This document shows, one piece after another, positions 44,072 through 53,054 of a stretch of DNA of 57,619 bases (within the stretch, counting starts at the first letter, position 1; every line of letters begins with the position of its first letter). A program made the position numbers and the translations under genes. Source of the stretch: Anaerolineales bacterium (GTDB lineage: Bacteria; Chloroflexota; Anaerolineae; Anaerolineales; E44-bin32); contig JBFJVD010000001.1 of NCBI GenBank assembly GCA_041624375.1, positions 1 to 57,619 of the forward strand. The letters run 5' to 3'. The notes under the pieces are model-generated. The model made no database searches, was not told the DNA's origin, and saw only the letters and a list, made by a program, of their open reading frames with translations.

Positions 44072-44857
44072 ATGCGGACCTTACGGCTCATCTGGGTCTT
44101 CCTGCGGTTGAGCGCACTCAACGAGTTTCAGTACCGCGCCAACCTGGTGATGCAGCTGTTCAACTCGGTGCTCGACCTTTCGATCGGTCTGGCCGGGTTG
44201 GCCCTGGTGTTCTATCACACCGAATCGCTTGCCGGCTGGCTTCCTGAGGAGCTGCTGGTCGTGGTCGGCGTGCATGTGCTCACCGGTGGACTGCTGCGCA
44301 CGGTGATCCAGCCGAGCATGGGCAAGCTGATGGAGGACATCGGCGAAGGGACGCTCGACTACACCCTCACCAAGCCCGAGGACGCCCAGTTGCTGGTCAG
44401 CCTCGGCCGGATGGAACTCTGGCGATCGGTGGATGTCCTGCTGGGGATCGGCGTGATCGTGTACGCCAGCTGGCAGCTCGGCCAGAATGTCGGTCTGCTG
44501 GAGACGGCGCTGTTCAGTCTGGCGCTGATCTCCGGCAGCCTGCTCATCTACGCTTTCTGGCTGGGTCTGACGACGAGCGCATTCTGGGTTGTGCGGATGT
44601 GGGCGGTGTTTGAGTTCTTCGAGAGCTTGTATCAGGCGGGCCGCTGGCCGGTGGGGATCTATCCAGATTGGCTGCGAATCGGGCTGACCTTCCTGGTCCC
44701 CGTCGCGTTCGCCGTCACTGTGCCGTCCGAGGCGCTGACGGATCGTCTGACGCCGAACACGCTGGTCCTGGCCATCGTCCTCGCATTCGGCGCCATGCTT
44801 CTTTCGCGCCTGTTCTGGCGCATCGGCCTGCGCCGCTACTCCGGCGCATCTGCCTGA
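44072..44857 (+). CDS. ABC-2 family permease (COG3694-like), second membrane subunit
   Basis: Trimmed to ATG 44072 with GGAGG upstream. Polytopic. It starts with NEFQYRANLV, typical of this permease family. Confidence 0.75.
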   Translation: MRTLRLIWVFLRLSALNEFQYRANLVMQLFNSVLDLSIGLAGLALVFYHTESLAGWLPEELLVVVGVHVLTGGLLRTVIQPSMGKLMEDIGEGTLDYTLTKPEDAQLLVSLGRMELWRSVDVLLGIGVIVYASWQLGQNVGLLETALFSLALISGSLLIYAFWLGLTTSAFWVVRMWAVFEFFESLYQAGRWPVGIYPDWLRIGLTFLVPVAFAVTVPSEALTDRLTPNTLVLAIVLAFGAMLLSRLFWRIGLRRYSGASA

Positions 44858-44864
44858 ACTGCGC

Positions 44865-46088
44865 ATGCCCGTCGATGATACGGCAGGCGCCTACCGCCCC
44901 AACCTGCCGCTCTTCTTTGCGTTTCAATTCGTTTGGCACAGCCAGCTCTTCCTACCGATCTGGGTGATCTTCCTTCAGCAGGTTCGCGGCTTCAGCCTGG
45001 CGCAGGTGGCCTTCATTGATGCCGCCTTTTGGGCCACGATCGTTCTGAGTGAAATCCCCACGGGCGCCGTCGCCGACACCTTTGGCCGCAGGGTCTCCCT
45101 ACTGCTCGGCGTCTTGCTCTCCGCGCTCTCCATCACGATGTTTGCGCTCGCGCCGACCTTCGGGTGGCTGATGGTGGCAAATTCACTCTGGGCACTGGCG
45201 CTGACCTTCGAGTCCGGCGCGGCGCAAGCTTTCCTCCACGATACACTCGAAGCGCTGGGGCGAAGCCAGGAATATGCCAGGCAGCGCGGCAGGCTGCTGA
45301 TCACCATGCACATCTCGATCGCCGCCGGCAGTCTATTGGGCGGGGTGATCGGTGCCCGCAATCTGGCTGCTCCGTTCCTGCTGTATTCGGCAGCCCTGCT
45401 GCCGGCCGCAATCCTCGTCTTGCTCCTCAAGGAGCCGCCGCGCGAAGCCAACGCGGGAGGAGGCGCTTCCTACCGCAGCATTCTGAAAACTGCCGCCACA
45501 GCCGTACGCGGTGATCCATTGCTGCGTGGACCCCTGCTCTACTCGGCTGTCTTGCCCCTTGCCTCACTGATCGCAGGTGTCGTATTCCTGCAGCCCCACG
45601 CGTTATCGCTGGGTGTACCCATCGCCGCGATGGGCGTTCTTGCGCTTGGTCTGCGCGCGTTCCAAATGACAGGCGCAGCGGCCTCGAATCGGATATTCGA
45701 GCGCATCGGCCTTTGGACCTGGCTGCCCATCGCTCCCTTGCTGGTGGCGACAGGCGTTGTTGCGATGGGCCTCATCCCTTCCCTGTGGGGGCTGGCCTTC
45801 TTCGCGCTCACCGGCCTGGCTACCTCCGCGACGGTGCCGATGCTGGAGGCCGTCATTCTTCGCCAGGCCCCGCGCCAGGTGCGCGCCACCCTGCTCTCTT
45901 TCGATTCGCTGTTGTTTCATCTGCTGCTGACCCTGCTGGAGCCAGGCCTTGGTGTGCTTGCCGACGCCCGGGGCCTGCCGAACGCACTGGTCGCCCTCGG
46001 CCTCATCGTGTTGATCGGCACCACATTGGCCTGGATCGGGTGGCGGCGTGCAGTGAGCAGGAGCGTGTCGATGCAGTCGTCGAGCTAA
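44865..46088 (+). CDS. MFS transporter
   Basis: 407 aa with about 12 TM helices. GAVADTFGRR is the MFS loop 2-3 motif. Confidence 0.8.
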   Translation: MPVDDTAGAYRPNLPLFFAFQFVWHSQLFLPIWVIFLQQVRGFSLAQVAFIDAAFWATIVLSEIPTGAVADTFGRRVSLLLGVLLSALSITMFALAPTFGWLMVANSLWALALTFESGAAQAFLHDTLEALGRSQEYARQRGRLLITMHISIAAGSLLGGVIGARNLAAPFLLYSAALLPAAILVLLLKEPPREANAGGGASYRSILKTAATAVRGDPLLRGPLLYSAVLPLASLIAGVVFLQPHALSLGVPIAAMGVLALGLRAFQMTGAAASNRIFERIGLWTWLPIAPLLVATGVVAMGLIPSLWGLAFFALTGLATSATVPMLEAVILRQAPRQVRATLLSFDSLLFHLLLTLLEPGLGVLADARGLPNALVALGLIVLIGTTLAWIGWRRAVSRSVSMQSSS

Positions 46089-46140
46089 CCTCCGATCCTC
46101 GGAGCGACTCGAGGTCAACTCCCGGGTACAATCGCCGCAG

Positions 46141-46791
46141 ATGTCAACTCGGCCGATCCGGAGGTCAACTTTGAGCAACCCGCACCCGATCGAAGCCATA
46201 TTCTGGGATATGGGCGGCGTGATCGTCCGCACGGAGGACAGCTCCCGCCGCCGGAGCTGGGAGGAGCGGCTCGGCCTGAGCCCGGGCGCGCTCGCCGCGC
46301 TGGTCTTTGAAGGCGAAATGGGCCGCCGCGCGGCGGTGGGGCAGGCGCAGATTGAAGAGAACTGGACCTGGGTTCTCCAACAGCTCAAGTTGCCGGATTC
46401 CGAGCGGACGCAGCTCATCGAGGATTTCTGGGCCGGGGATCGGGTGGATTACGACCTGGTGGCCCGGATCCGCGAGTTGGGCGACACCTACCGTGTCGGG
46501 ATGATCACCAACGCATTTCCCGATGTCCGTCGCTGGCTGGTAGATGAGTGGGGAATCGCCGACGCGTTTGAGGAGATTATCGTCTCGGCAGAGTTGGGCG
46601 TGGTCAAACCCGATCCCGCCATCTACCATCATGCGCTCGAGCGCCTCGCCGTGCGGGCAGAGCGATCGGTCTTCATCGACGATTTCGAGGAGAACGTGGC
46701 CGGCGCGCAGGCCGTTGGGATGCACGCGATCCATTTCCAGTCGGTGCAGCAAGCACTTGCGGACCTCGATCAGCTGTTGGCTGAGGGGTGA
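46141..46791 (+). CDS. HAD-superfamily hydrolase (subfamily IA)
   Basis: FWDMGGVIV is motif I, MITNA motif II, and VFIDDFEENV motif IV. Confidence 0.8.
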   Translation: MSTRPIRRSTLSNPHPIEAIFWDMGGVIVRTEDSSRRRSWEERLGLSPGALAALVFEGEMGRRAAVGQAQIEENWTWVLQQLKLPDSERTQLIEDFWAGDRVDYDLVARIRELGDTYRVGMITNAFPDVRRWLVDEWGIADAFEEIIVSAELGVVKPDPAIYHHALERLAVRAERSVFIDDFEENVAGAQAVGMHAIHFQSVQQALADLDQLLAEG

Positions 46792-46919
46792 AGCCTGCCC
46801 GAGCCATCGAACGCGCACCCGTTGCCTCTGCCGGCAGGACCTTCTCGGGCACAAGGATCTCTGCGTCTTGCAGCCGGCACCCTTGCATGCGGATGGACAG
46901 GACCTGACCCGATGCCTGA

Positions 46920-47792
46920 ATGGCGGGCGCATTGAATCGGACAGAATGGACGCAGCTTACGCGTGATGTGCTCGCGGCGGCCCAGCTCGGCGAAGAGACG
47001 GTGCTGGCTGCGCTCGATCCACTCCTCGAGCTGCCGTCCCTTGAGTCGGCCCGGGCGCAGCGCGACCTGGCCCGACTCGGCCGTCTTCTTGGCGAGACTG
47101 CGACCAGCTCCCTGCTCGAAACGCTCGCTGGTCATCCTCAGCCGTCCCTGCGTTACTTGGCTGCCTGGGCGCTCCCGGCTTCCTGGACCTCTGCCTCACC
47201 TGAAGTGGTCGAAGCGCTGGCCAGCGATCGCTCCGCCGCAATAAGAGAAGGACTGCGTCGGGCTCTTCTGGAACTTCCAGCTGACCTCCGCTGGCCGCTG
47301 GTTCGAGCGTGGATCGGCAGCCAGCGACCCAGGCTCGAACAGCTGGCCGTCGCGCTGGTGCCGCCGCAGCCGGCGGCGGAGGCCCTAGCCGCGCTCAAAG
47401 GCCCCGCCGCCGCGCCAGACCCCGACCTGCGCGCCGGGGCATTGGAGAGCTTGCAGCGGATCGCAGAAGTCGATCCAGCAGCCACCCTGGGTGCATTGCG
47501 CAGCTGGGCGACTCTCCAGGGCGCGCCCGCTTGCTGGACGGTTGCGCGCGCCTTATCCCGGCCTCCACTGGTGCACAGGCTTGAGGCCGCAATGGGCATC
47601 CTTGGATCGCTGGCTCAAAACGGCCAGGGCGACCGGGTTTGCGCCCACCAGCTTGTCGTTGCGCTGCGCGCCCTTGCCCGCCGGCATGGGGCTCCAACCG
47701 TCAGGGAAGCGCTTCGCGGGTGGCAGGGCAGCCCAGAACCCGGATTGCGCCGGCTCGCTCGACGTGCAGTCGCCCGACTCCCGGAGGCCTGA
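46920..47792 (+). CDS. Hypothetical Ala/Leu-rich helical-repeat (HEAT-like) protein
   Basis: 290 aa with repeated ~30-aa helical segments and no catalytic motif. Coding status is supported only by length and position between genes. Confidence 0.45.
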   Translation: MAGALNRTEWTQLTRDVLAAAQLGEETVLAALDPLLELPSLESARAQRDLARLGRLLGETATSSLLETLAGHPQPSLRYLAAWALPASWTSASPEVVEALASDRSAAIREGLRRALLELPADLRWPLVRAWIGSQRPRLEQLAVALVPPQPAAEALAALKGPAAAPDPDLRAGALESLQRIAEVDPAATLGALRSWATLQGAPACWTVARALSRPPLVHRLEAAMGILGSLAQNGQGDRVCAHQLVVALRALARRHGAPTVREALRGWQGSPEPGLRRLARRAVARLPEA

Positions 47793-47951
47793 GCGGCTCC
47801 ACGGCTCGTTCGCGCTTACAATGCTGAGAGAGCCCCGGCGGCCCGGATGTCTGTCCGGCGAAGGGGATGCTTGCCGGGAGAATTCTCCGCCAGTCCGCCC
47901 CTCCTTCCGCCCGGCATGGTCTGCCAGCATTCGCATTTCGAGGGAGGGCAG

Positions 47952-49202
47952 ATGCGCGAGGCGACCGCCCAACCGCTCTTCACCAGACGCCTGCTCCTTG
48001 TGCTGGCCGGGATGGCTTTCGCCGAGGCGGCGCGCACCATGACGATGGTGCAGGTTCCCCTCTTCCTGCGCGAACTTGGCGCGGACATTCGCCAGATCGG
48101 CCTTTTCTTCACCATCTCCCTGATCTTCCCGCTGCTGCTGCGCATCATCGGTGGATGGGTGTCCGACTCTATCGGCCGGCTGCGCGCCATGCTGATCGGC
48201 GCTTTGAGTGGGTTGGCCGCCTACGCCGCGTATGCCATCGCCCCCATCTGGCAGCTGGCGCTCGCCGGCCCGGCATTCATCGCCCTCACCTCCGCCTTGA
48301 TCTTCCCGTCCTACAAGGCTTTCATCGCCGACGAAACGCCCCCCGACCAGCGCGGCCGCGCCTTCGGCATCGCCGAAACCGTGATCACGACCGCCTGGAT
48401 CCTGGGCCCGCCACTCGGTGGATGGATCGCCCAGAACTTTGGCTACCGCCCTATGTTCACCGCTGCCGTCGGCGCCTATCTGATCGCCAGCCTAGTCTTC
48501 TGGGGCGTGATGCGGGCTGACCCGGGTACTGTGCAGGTCGGGGGTGAGAGGCCGAATCTCGACTCGCTGCGCGCCTCGCTGCGGCAGATGCTCGTGCTGA
48601 TGGTGTCCGGCGGGCTTGTCACCTGGCTGCTGATCACCGATGGAGTCCGCGACGTGGCCTTCAAGCTGTCCTTCGACTTGATGCCAATCTACCTGGCCGA
48701 GATCGGCGGCCTGAGTCGCCAGAGCATCGGACTGCTCGACGGCATTTTCGGGCTGGCGCTCGCTGCCGCCAGCTTCCCCGCCGGATGGCTCATCGACCGG
48801 ACCAGCGAACGCACGGGCGTCACGCTCGGATTGCTGGCGGTGGTGCTCTCCCGGCTGGTGTTTGCGCTTGCGGTTTCGTTCACCGGGTTCGCTGGTTCCT
48901 GGATCCTGCTGGGGATTGGGGGCGGTCTGCTCGACCCGGCGTACAGCGCTTTGGTCGCCCGCGGCGTCCCGCTGCGTTTGCGGGGGATCACCTATGGGCT
49001 ATTGGCGACCAGTCTGGGTCTTATTTCTCTGCCCTCGCCCTGGATCGGGAGCCAGATCTGGGCGCTGTTCGGGCCGAAGTGGCCGTTTCTGGTCACGGCT
49101 GCGGCCGGCGCGCTGGCGATCATTCCGGCCTGGGGGAAACTGGTGGCGCCTCGGGAGGTCGAATCGACGAGCGCAGCGAAAGACGGGGACGCGGAAACCT
49201 AA
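47952..49202 (+). CDS. MFS transporter
   Basis: Trimmed to ATG 47952 with GAGGGAGGG upstream. GGWVSDSIGRLR is the MFS motif. About 12 TM helices. Confidence 0.8.
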   Translation: MREATAQPLFTRRLLLVLAGMAFAEAARTMTMVQVPLFLRELGADIRQIGLFFTISLIFPLLLRIIGGWVSDSIGRLRAMLIGALSGLAAYAAYAIAPIWQLALAGPAFIALTSALIFPSYKAFIADETPPDQRGRAFGIAETVITTAWILGPPLGGWIAQNFGYRPMFTAAVGAYLIASLVFWGVMRADPGTVQVGGERPNLDSLRASLRQMLVLMVSGGLVTWLLITDGVRDVAFKLSFDLMPIYLAEIGGLSRQSIGLLDGIFGLALAAASFPAGWLIDRTSERTGVTLGLLAVVLSRLVFALAVSFTGFAGSWILLGIGGGLLDPAYSALVARGVPLRLRGITYGLLATSLGLISLPSPWIGSQIWALFGPKWPFLVTAAAGALAIIPAWGKLVAPREVESTSAAKDGDAET

Positions 49203-49204
49203 CC

Positions 49205-49425
49205 GAGAAAAGCGGAAGCCCGGTCCTCCGCAGCACGGCCGGCAGCCATAAACTCGCCGGGAAGCCGCATCGTCGTACGCATTGAGTCGTAGGGAAGGGC
49301 GATCCTCCAACCTTCCGGCGTTCTCATTCCACGGCCGTCCCCGATAACCGGCGACAGCGGTCGGGCGGTCGGAGTGACCTACGACAAGACGAGGGCGTGC
49401 AGTCCTGCAGGAGACCGGGGCTCCG
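49205..49425 (-). ncRNA. Candidate structured small RNA of about 220 nt (class unknown) with its own promoter and terminator
   Basis: A minus-strand promoter TTGACT-17-TAGAGT lies at 49460-49432. The 5' segment GGAGCCCCGGUCUCCUGCAG (49424-49405) pairs in 18 of 20 positions with the 3' segment CUGCGGAGGACCGGGCUUCC (49233-49214). Internal helices include CUCCGACC/GGUUGGAG and GUCGUAGG/CCUACGAC. It ends in a hairpin plus UUUUCUCGG. No credible ORF is present. Confidence 0.4.
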
Positions 49426-49431
49426 ATCATC

Positions 49432-49460
49432 ACTCTAACGGGTCGGAAGGGACGAGTCAA
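49432..49460 (-). promoter_or_regulatory. Promoter of the candidate sRNA (TTGACT-17-TAGAGT)
   Basis: On the minus strand, TTGACT is at 49460-49455 and TAGAGT at 49437-49432. Confidence 0.45.
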
Positions 49461-49590
49461 CGACCGTATCGCTTAAAAAATGTACTATGGCGAGGCGGCA
49501 GTTCGCTCGACGCACATTGCGCTATAATCGCCGCACAGCCGACTCCCCCCTTCCCCAACCCATGCCACGACGGCTCGTCGGAGGTGATCC

Positions 49591-50001
49591 ATGGCGCACA
49601 CCGTTCGAGACTGGATGAGCACGCCTGCGGTGTTGATTCCGCCGGAAGTGAGCGTCGCCCAGGCGCTGACGCTCATGCGGCGGCGCAGAATTCACAGCCT
49701 GGTCGTCGATCTCACCGAGGGCGAAGACAAAGCGTTCGGGATCATCACCACCACCGACATTCGCGACAAGATCGTTGGCGAAGATCGCGACCCGGCCGAG
49801 GTGACGGTCGGGGACATTATGACGTCACCCATCTACTGTGCGCTCCCGGACTGGTCGCTGAAAGAGGCCGCCCGCAAGATGAAGGACCTGAGAATTCATC
49901 ACCTGCCGGTTCAGAATTCCAGCGGTTCGGTCATCGGCATGATCTCAGCCACTGACATTTTCTTCGCCGTCGAAGAAAGCGGTTGGGAGTCCGGGCTGTG
50001 A
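49591..50001 (+). CDS. CBS-domain pair protein
   Basis: 136 aa with two CBS repeats (VRDWMSTPAVLIPPEVSVAQAL..HSLVV and VGDIMTSPIYCALPDWSLKEAA..HHLPV). The SD is GGAGGTG. Confidence 0.85.
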   Translation: MAHTVRDWMSTPAVLIPPEVSVAQALTLMRRRRIHSLVVDLTEGEDKAFGIITTTDIRDKIVGEDRDPAEVTVGDIMTSPIYCALPDWSLKEAARKMKDLRIHHLPVQNSSGSVIGMISATDIFFAVEESGWESGL

Positions 50002-50912
50002 AGCGGCGAACGAAGCTGATCTTCAATCCGCACGCCGACCGCGGCCACGCTTGGGAGATCGTACACATTCTTCAAGGCGTGATCGACCGCTATGGGGAGG
50101 CGGACTGGGCCACCACGGAATATCCCAATCATGCGATGGAACTCGCCAGGCAGGCTGCAGACGAAGGCTATCAGGTCGTGGCGGCGCTCGGCGGCGATGG
50201 CACCGTTCATGAGGCGATCAATGGCCTGATGCAGCTACCGCCCGAGCACAGGCCGCTGCTTGGTGCGGTGCCCATCGGATCGGGCAACGATTTCTGTTCC
50301 AACAACGGTATCCCCGTCGAGCCGGAGAAGGCGATCCTCCGGGTCTTTGAAGGGGAGCCGAAGGCCATCGACCTGGGCCGCATCCGGGACAACACCGGGC
50401 GCGAGAAGTTCTGGGACAACACGATCAGCATTGGCTTTGGCGCCTCCGTCGCCATCCACGCCTACAAGATCACGCGCCTGCGCGGCTTCCTGATGTACCT
50501 CTGGGCCGTGATCCTCACCATCTTGAAGAACTACGACGCGCCACAGATGCGGTTCGAAACCGACCGGGAGCAGTTCGAACAGAATGTGCTGCTGCTGAGT
50601 TTGAACAACGGACGGCGCGAGGGCGGCGGCTTCCTCACCTCGCCCGCTGCAGTATCCGACGATGGCGTGCTCAATTACGCCATGATTGAGCAGGTCTCTC
50701 GCCCGATGATGTTCCGCCTCATCCCGGAAGTGATGCGGGGCACCCACGGCCGCTTCCGCCAGGTCCGACTCGGGGAATTCGAACAGCTGAAGCTGACCTC
50801 TGAAGCGCCCTTCCCCATCCACACCGACGGCGAGATTTTCGCCGGGTTCGGGGCTTCGGTGACTGCAATCGAGGTGGATGTGCTTCCCGGCGCGCTCCAG
50901 ATTCTCGCCTGA
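49998..50912 (+). CDS. Diacylglycerol/lipid kinase family protein (YegS/DagK-like)
   Basis: KLIFNPHADRG and AALGGDGTVHEAINGL are present. GTG 49998 overlaps the CBS stop (GTGA); the track start is 49983. Confidence 0.8.
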   Translation: MKRRTKLIFNPHADRGHAWEIVHILQGVIDRYGEADWATTEYPNHAMELARQAADEGYQVVAALGGDGTVHEAINGLMQLPPEHRPLLGAVPIGSGNDFCSNNGIPVEPEKAILRVFEGEPKAIDLGRIRDNTGREKFWDNTISIGFGASVAIHAYKITRLRGFLMYLWAVILTILKNYDAPQMRFETDREQFEQNVLLLSLNNGRREGGGFLTSPAAVSDDGVLNYAMIEQVSRPMMFRLIPEVMRGTHGRFRQVRLGEFEQLKLTSEAPFPIHTDGEIFAGFGASVTAIEVDVLPGALQILA

Positions 50913-50929
50913 TCGGGCTGGTCACACCC

Positions 50930-52609
50930 ATGCAGGCACTCCTGCGCACCCTGCAGGACCATGACCATGGGTTTCTGCGAATCATCGCAGAGGTGTGGGG
51001 ATTGGAGCTGCCGGCCGGGCCGAGAACCGACGTGGCCGTCTGGCTGGCGAACGAAATGCTCGATCCACAAAGCCTGGCGGACTTCGTGGATGGTCTCCCC
51101 GAATCCGCCCGCCGGCCCCTGCTCGCCCTGCTTGAGAACGGCGGCCAGCTTCCCCTTGCCACGCTTTTTGAGCGATACGGTCCATTGCGCGAGATGGGGC
51201 CTGGCCGCAGAGATCGCGAAAGGCCCTGGCGCGATCCCGCCTCCCCACTTGAAGTGCTCTGGTACGCCGGGCTGCTCGGTCGTGCCTTCCGCGATGGGAC
51301 CAGCGGCCCGCAGGAATTTGGCTTCCTCCCCACGGATGTCCAGGAACGCCTACCCGCAGTGGATCGGGAGTCATCACTGCCAGGACGGCCGAGCGAGGAG
51401 GAACCGGGAGAGATCGAGCGAGCGGACTCTGCTGCCGTGGATGATGCCGTCACGCTGCTCGCCGGACTGCGCCGCTTCGGACCACCTGAAGATCCCAAAG
51501 GATTCCTCAAGCGACTGGGCCCCTATTTGCTGCGACCGGCCGCGGGCAGGCTGCTGCTCCATCTACTCGCCGATCTCGAGGTCATCAGCCGATCAGACCT
51601 GGATCCAGATCCGGAGCGCACCCGGATCTTGCTCGAGATGCCGCGTGCGGCCATCCTGCAGCGCCTGATCGGGGCCTGGTGGAAGAGCTCAACATGGAAC
51701 GACCTGGCACAGGTCCCCGAACTCGAGATCGCCGGCGAGGCCTGGCCAAATGAGCCGCTCACCGGGCGGCAGGCGCTGATCAGCTTTTTAACTTCCGTCC
51801 CGCCAGGGACTTGGTGGGATATCGACTCGGTGGTTGACACGGTTCGATCGCGCGCGCCCGGATTCCAGCGCCCGGGCCGCGATTTCGATTCCTGGTACCT
51901 GCAAGAACGAAGCAGCGGCCGATTCCTGCGCGGCATCGAACACTGGGACATGGTCGAAGGCGGCTTGCTCCGCTACATTCTTCAGGGCCCATTGCACTGG
52001 CTCGGCATGACCGACCTGGGCCGCAGGGGCCCCAGCGCAACGGTCTCCAGCTTCCGGCTGACCGCTTTGGCGACCTTGCTCCGGGGGGCGGACTCGGCGC
52101 CGGAGCTGCCCACACCCCCAGCACGCGTGCAGCTCGCCGCTGACGGCCGTTTCACGCTCACACGCGGTGTCTCCCCACCACTTCGATATCAAGCGGCCCG
52201 CTTCGCACGCTGGGAGGGCCTCGATTCGAGCGGCTACCACTTCCGCCTCACGGCCAGCTCGCTGGAACATGCCCGCGCCAGTGGACTGCAGCCGGCACAT
52301 GTCCTGCGCCTGCTTGAGGAACTCAGTGGGGCTTCGCCGCCTCCGAGATTGGCTCAGGCGGTGGAGCGCTGGTCGGAGGCGGGAACCGAAGCTCGACTCG
52401 AAACATCGCTGGTCCTCACCCTAAACTCGCCCGACCTGGTGGACAATTTATTGAAGAATAAGGCCACTGCCCGCCTGCTCGGCGAACGCCTCGGCCCGAC
52501 CGCCGTCAGCGTGCAACAAGAGAACTTCAACCGGCTGCTGGCGGCCGCAGCGCGCAGCGGGTTGCTGATTCATCTCGGAGCGCTGGAGGATCCGGGCCGC
52601 CCGGGTTAA
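50930..52609 (+). CDS. Hypothetical 559-aa soluble protein (no family assigned)
   Basis: A long ORF with balanced composition. The N-terminus is LRTLQDHDHGFLRIIAEVWGLELP...RRPLLALLENGGQLPLATLFERYGPLREMGPG. It vaguely resembles helicase-associated winged-helix repeats but contains no NTPase motif. Confidence 0.55.
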   Translation: MQALLRTLQDHDHGFLRIIAEVWGLELPAGPRTDVAVWLANEMLDPQSLADFVDGLPESARRPLLALLENGGQLPLATLFERYGPLREMGPGRRDRERPWRDPASPLEVLWYAGLLGRAFRDGTSGPQEFGFLPTDVQERLPAVDRESSLPGRPSEEEPGEIERADSAAVDDAVTLLAGLRRFGPPEDPKGFLKRLGPYLLRPAAGRLLLHLLADLEVISRSDLDPDPERTRILLEMPRAAILQRLIGAWWKSSTWNDLAQVPELEIAGEAWPNEPLTGRQALISFLTSVPPGTWWDIDSVVDTVRSRAPGFQRPGRDFDSWYLQERSSGRFLRGIEHWDMVEGGLLRYILQGPLHWLGMTDLGRRGPSATVSSFRLTALATLLRGADSAPELPTPPARVQLAADGRFTLTRGVSPPLRYQAARFARWEGLDSSGYHFRLTASSLEHARASGLQPAHVLRLLEELSGASPPPRLAQAVERWSEAGTEARLETSLVLTLNSPDLVDNLLKNKATARLLGERLGPTAVSVQQENFNRLLAAAARSGLLIHLGALEDPGRPG

Positions 52610-52616
52610 GCCAAGA

Positions 52617-52638
52617 CGAGGGCGCGAGAACGCCCTCG
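52617..52638. terminator. GC-rich hairpin between convergent genes (no U-tract)
   Basis: CGAGGGCG-CGAGAA-CGCCCTCG. Confidence 0.35.
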
Positions 52639-52664
52639 CAGGTCGTGCCTTGCGGGCGGTCCTA

Positions 52665-53039
52665 TCAAGCCTGGAGTACCTGCCCCAGCACCCGCTCGAG
52701 TTCCTCGATGGTCACTGGCTTAAAGATGAAGGCATTGGCGCCGAGCTTCATGGCTTCATCCACCTGCCGGTCGGTGGTCTCCGACGAAAGCATGATCACC
52801 GGCATTTTGTCGAGCTCGCGCCGCTGACGGACGAATTCCAGCATGTCGATGCCGGTCACCTCGGGCATGTTGATGTCCAGCACGAGTACATCCGGCTTCT
52901 TGCCGCCGAGCAACGCCTGACTGGCGCTGCGGGCGCTGCGAAAGGTTTCAACGCGGTAGTTCAGCAGCTGGAGCATCAGCTTGACTGCGTGGCTCATATC
53001 TTCGTCGTCGTCCACGATCCAGATGAATGGCGCTGACAT
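52665..53039 (-). CDS. Stand-alone response-regulator receiver (CheY-like) protein
   Basis: IWIVDDDED is the acidic pocket, VLVLDINMP the phospho-Asp site, and ANAFIFKP the conserved Lys. The SD GAGGGAG lies 13 nt after the uvrC stop. Confidence 0.85.
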   Translation of the reverse strand: MSAPFIWIVDDDEDMSHAVKLMLQLLNYRVETFRSARSASQALLGGKKPDVLVLDINMPEVTGIDMLEFVRQRRELDKMPVIMLSSETTDRQVDEAMKLGANAFIFKPVTIEELERVLGQVLQA

Positions 53040-53054
53040 GCTCCCTCGTCCGAT

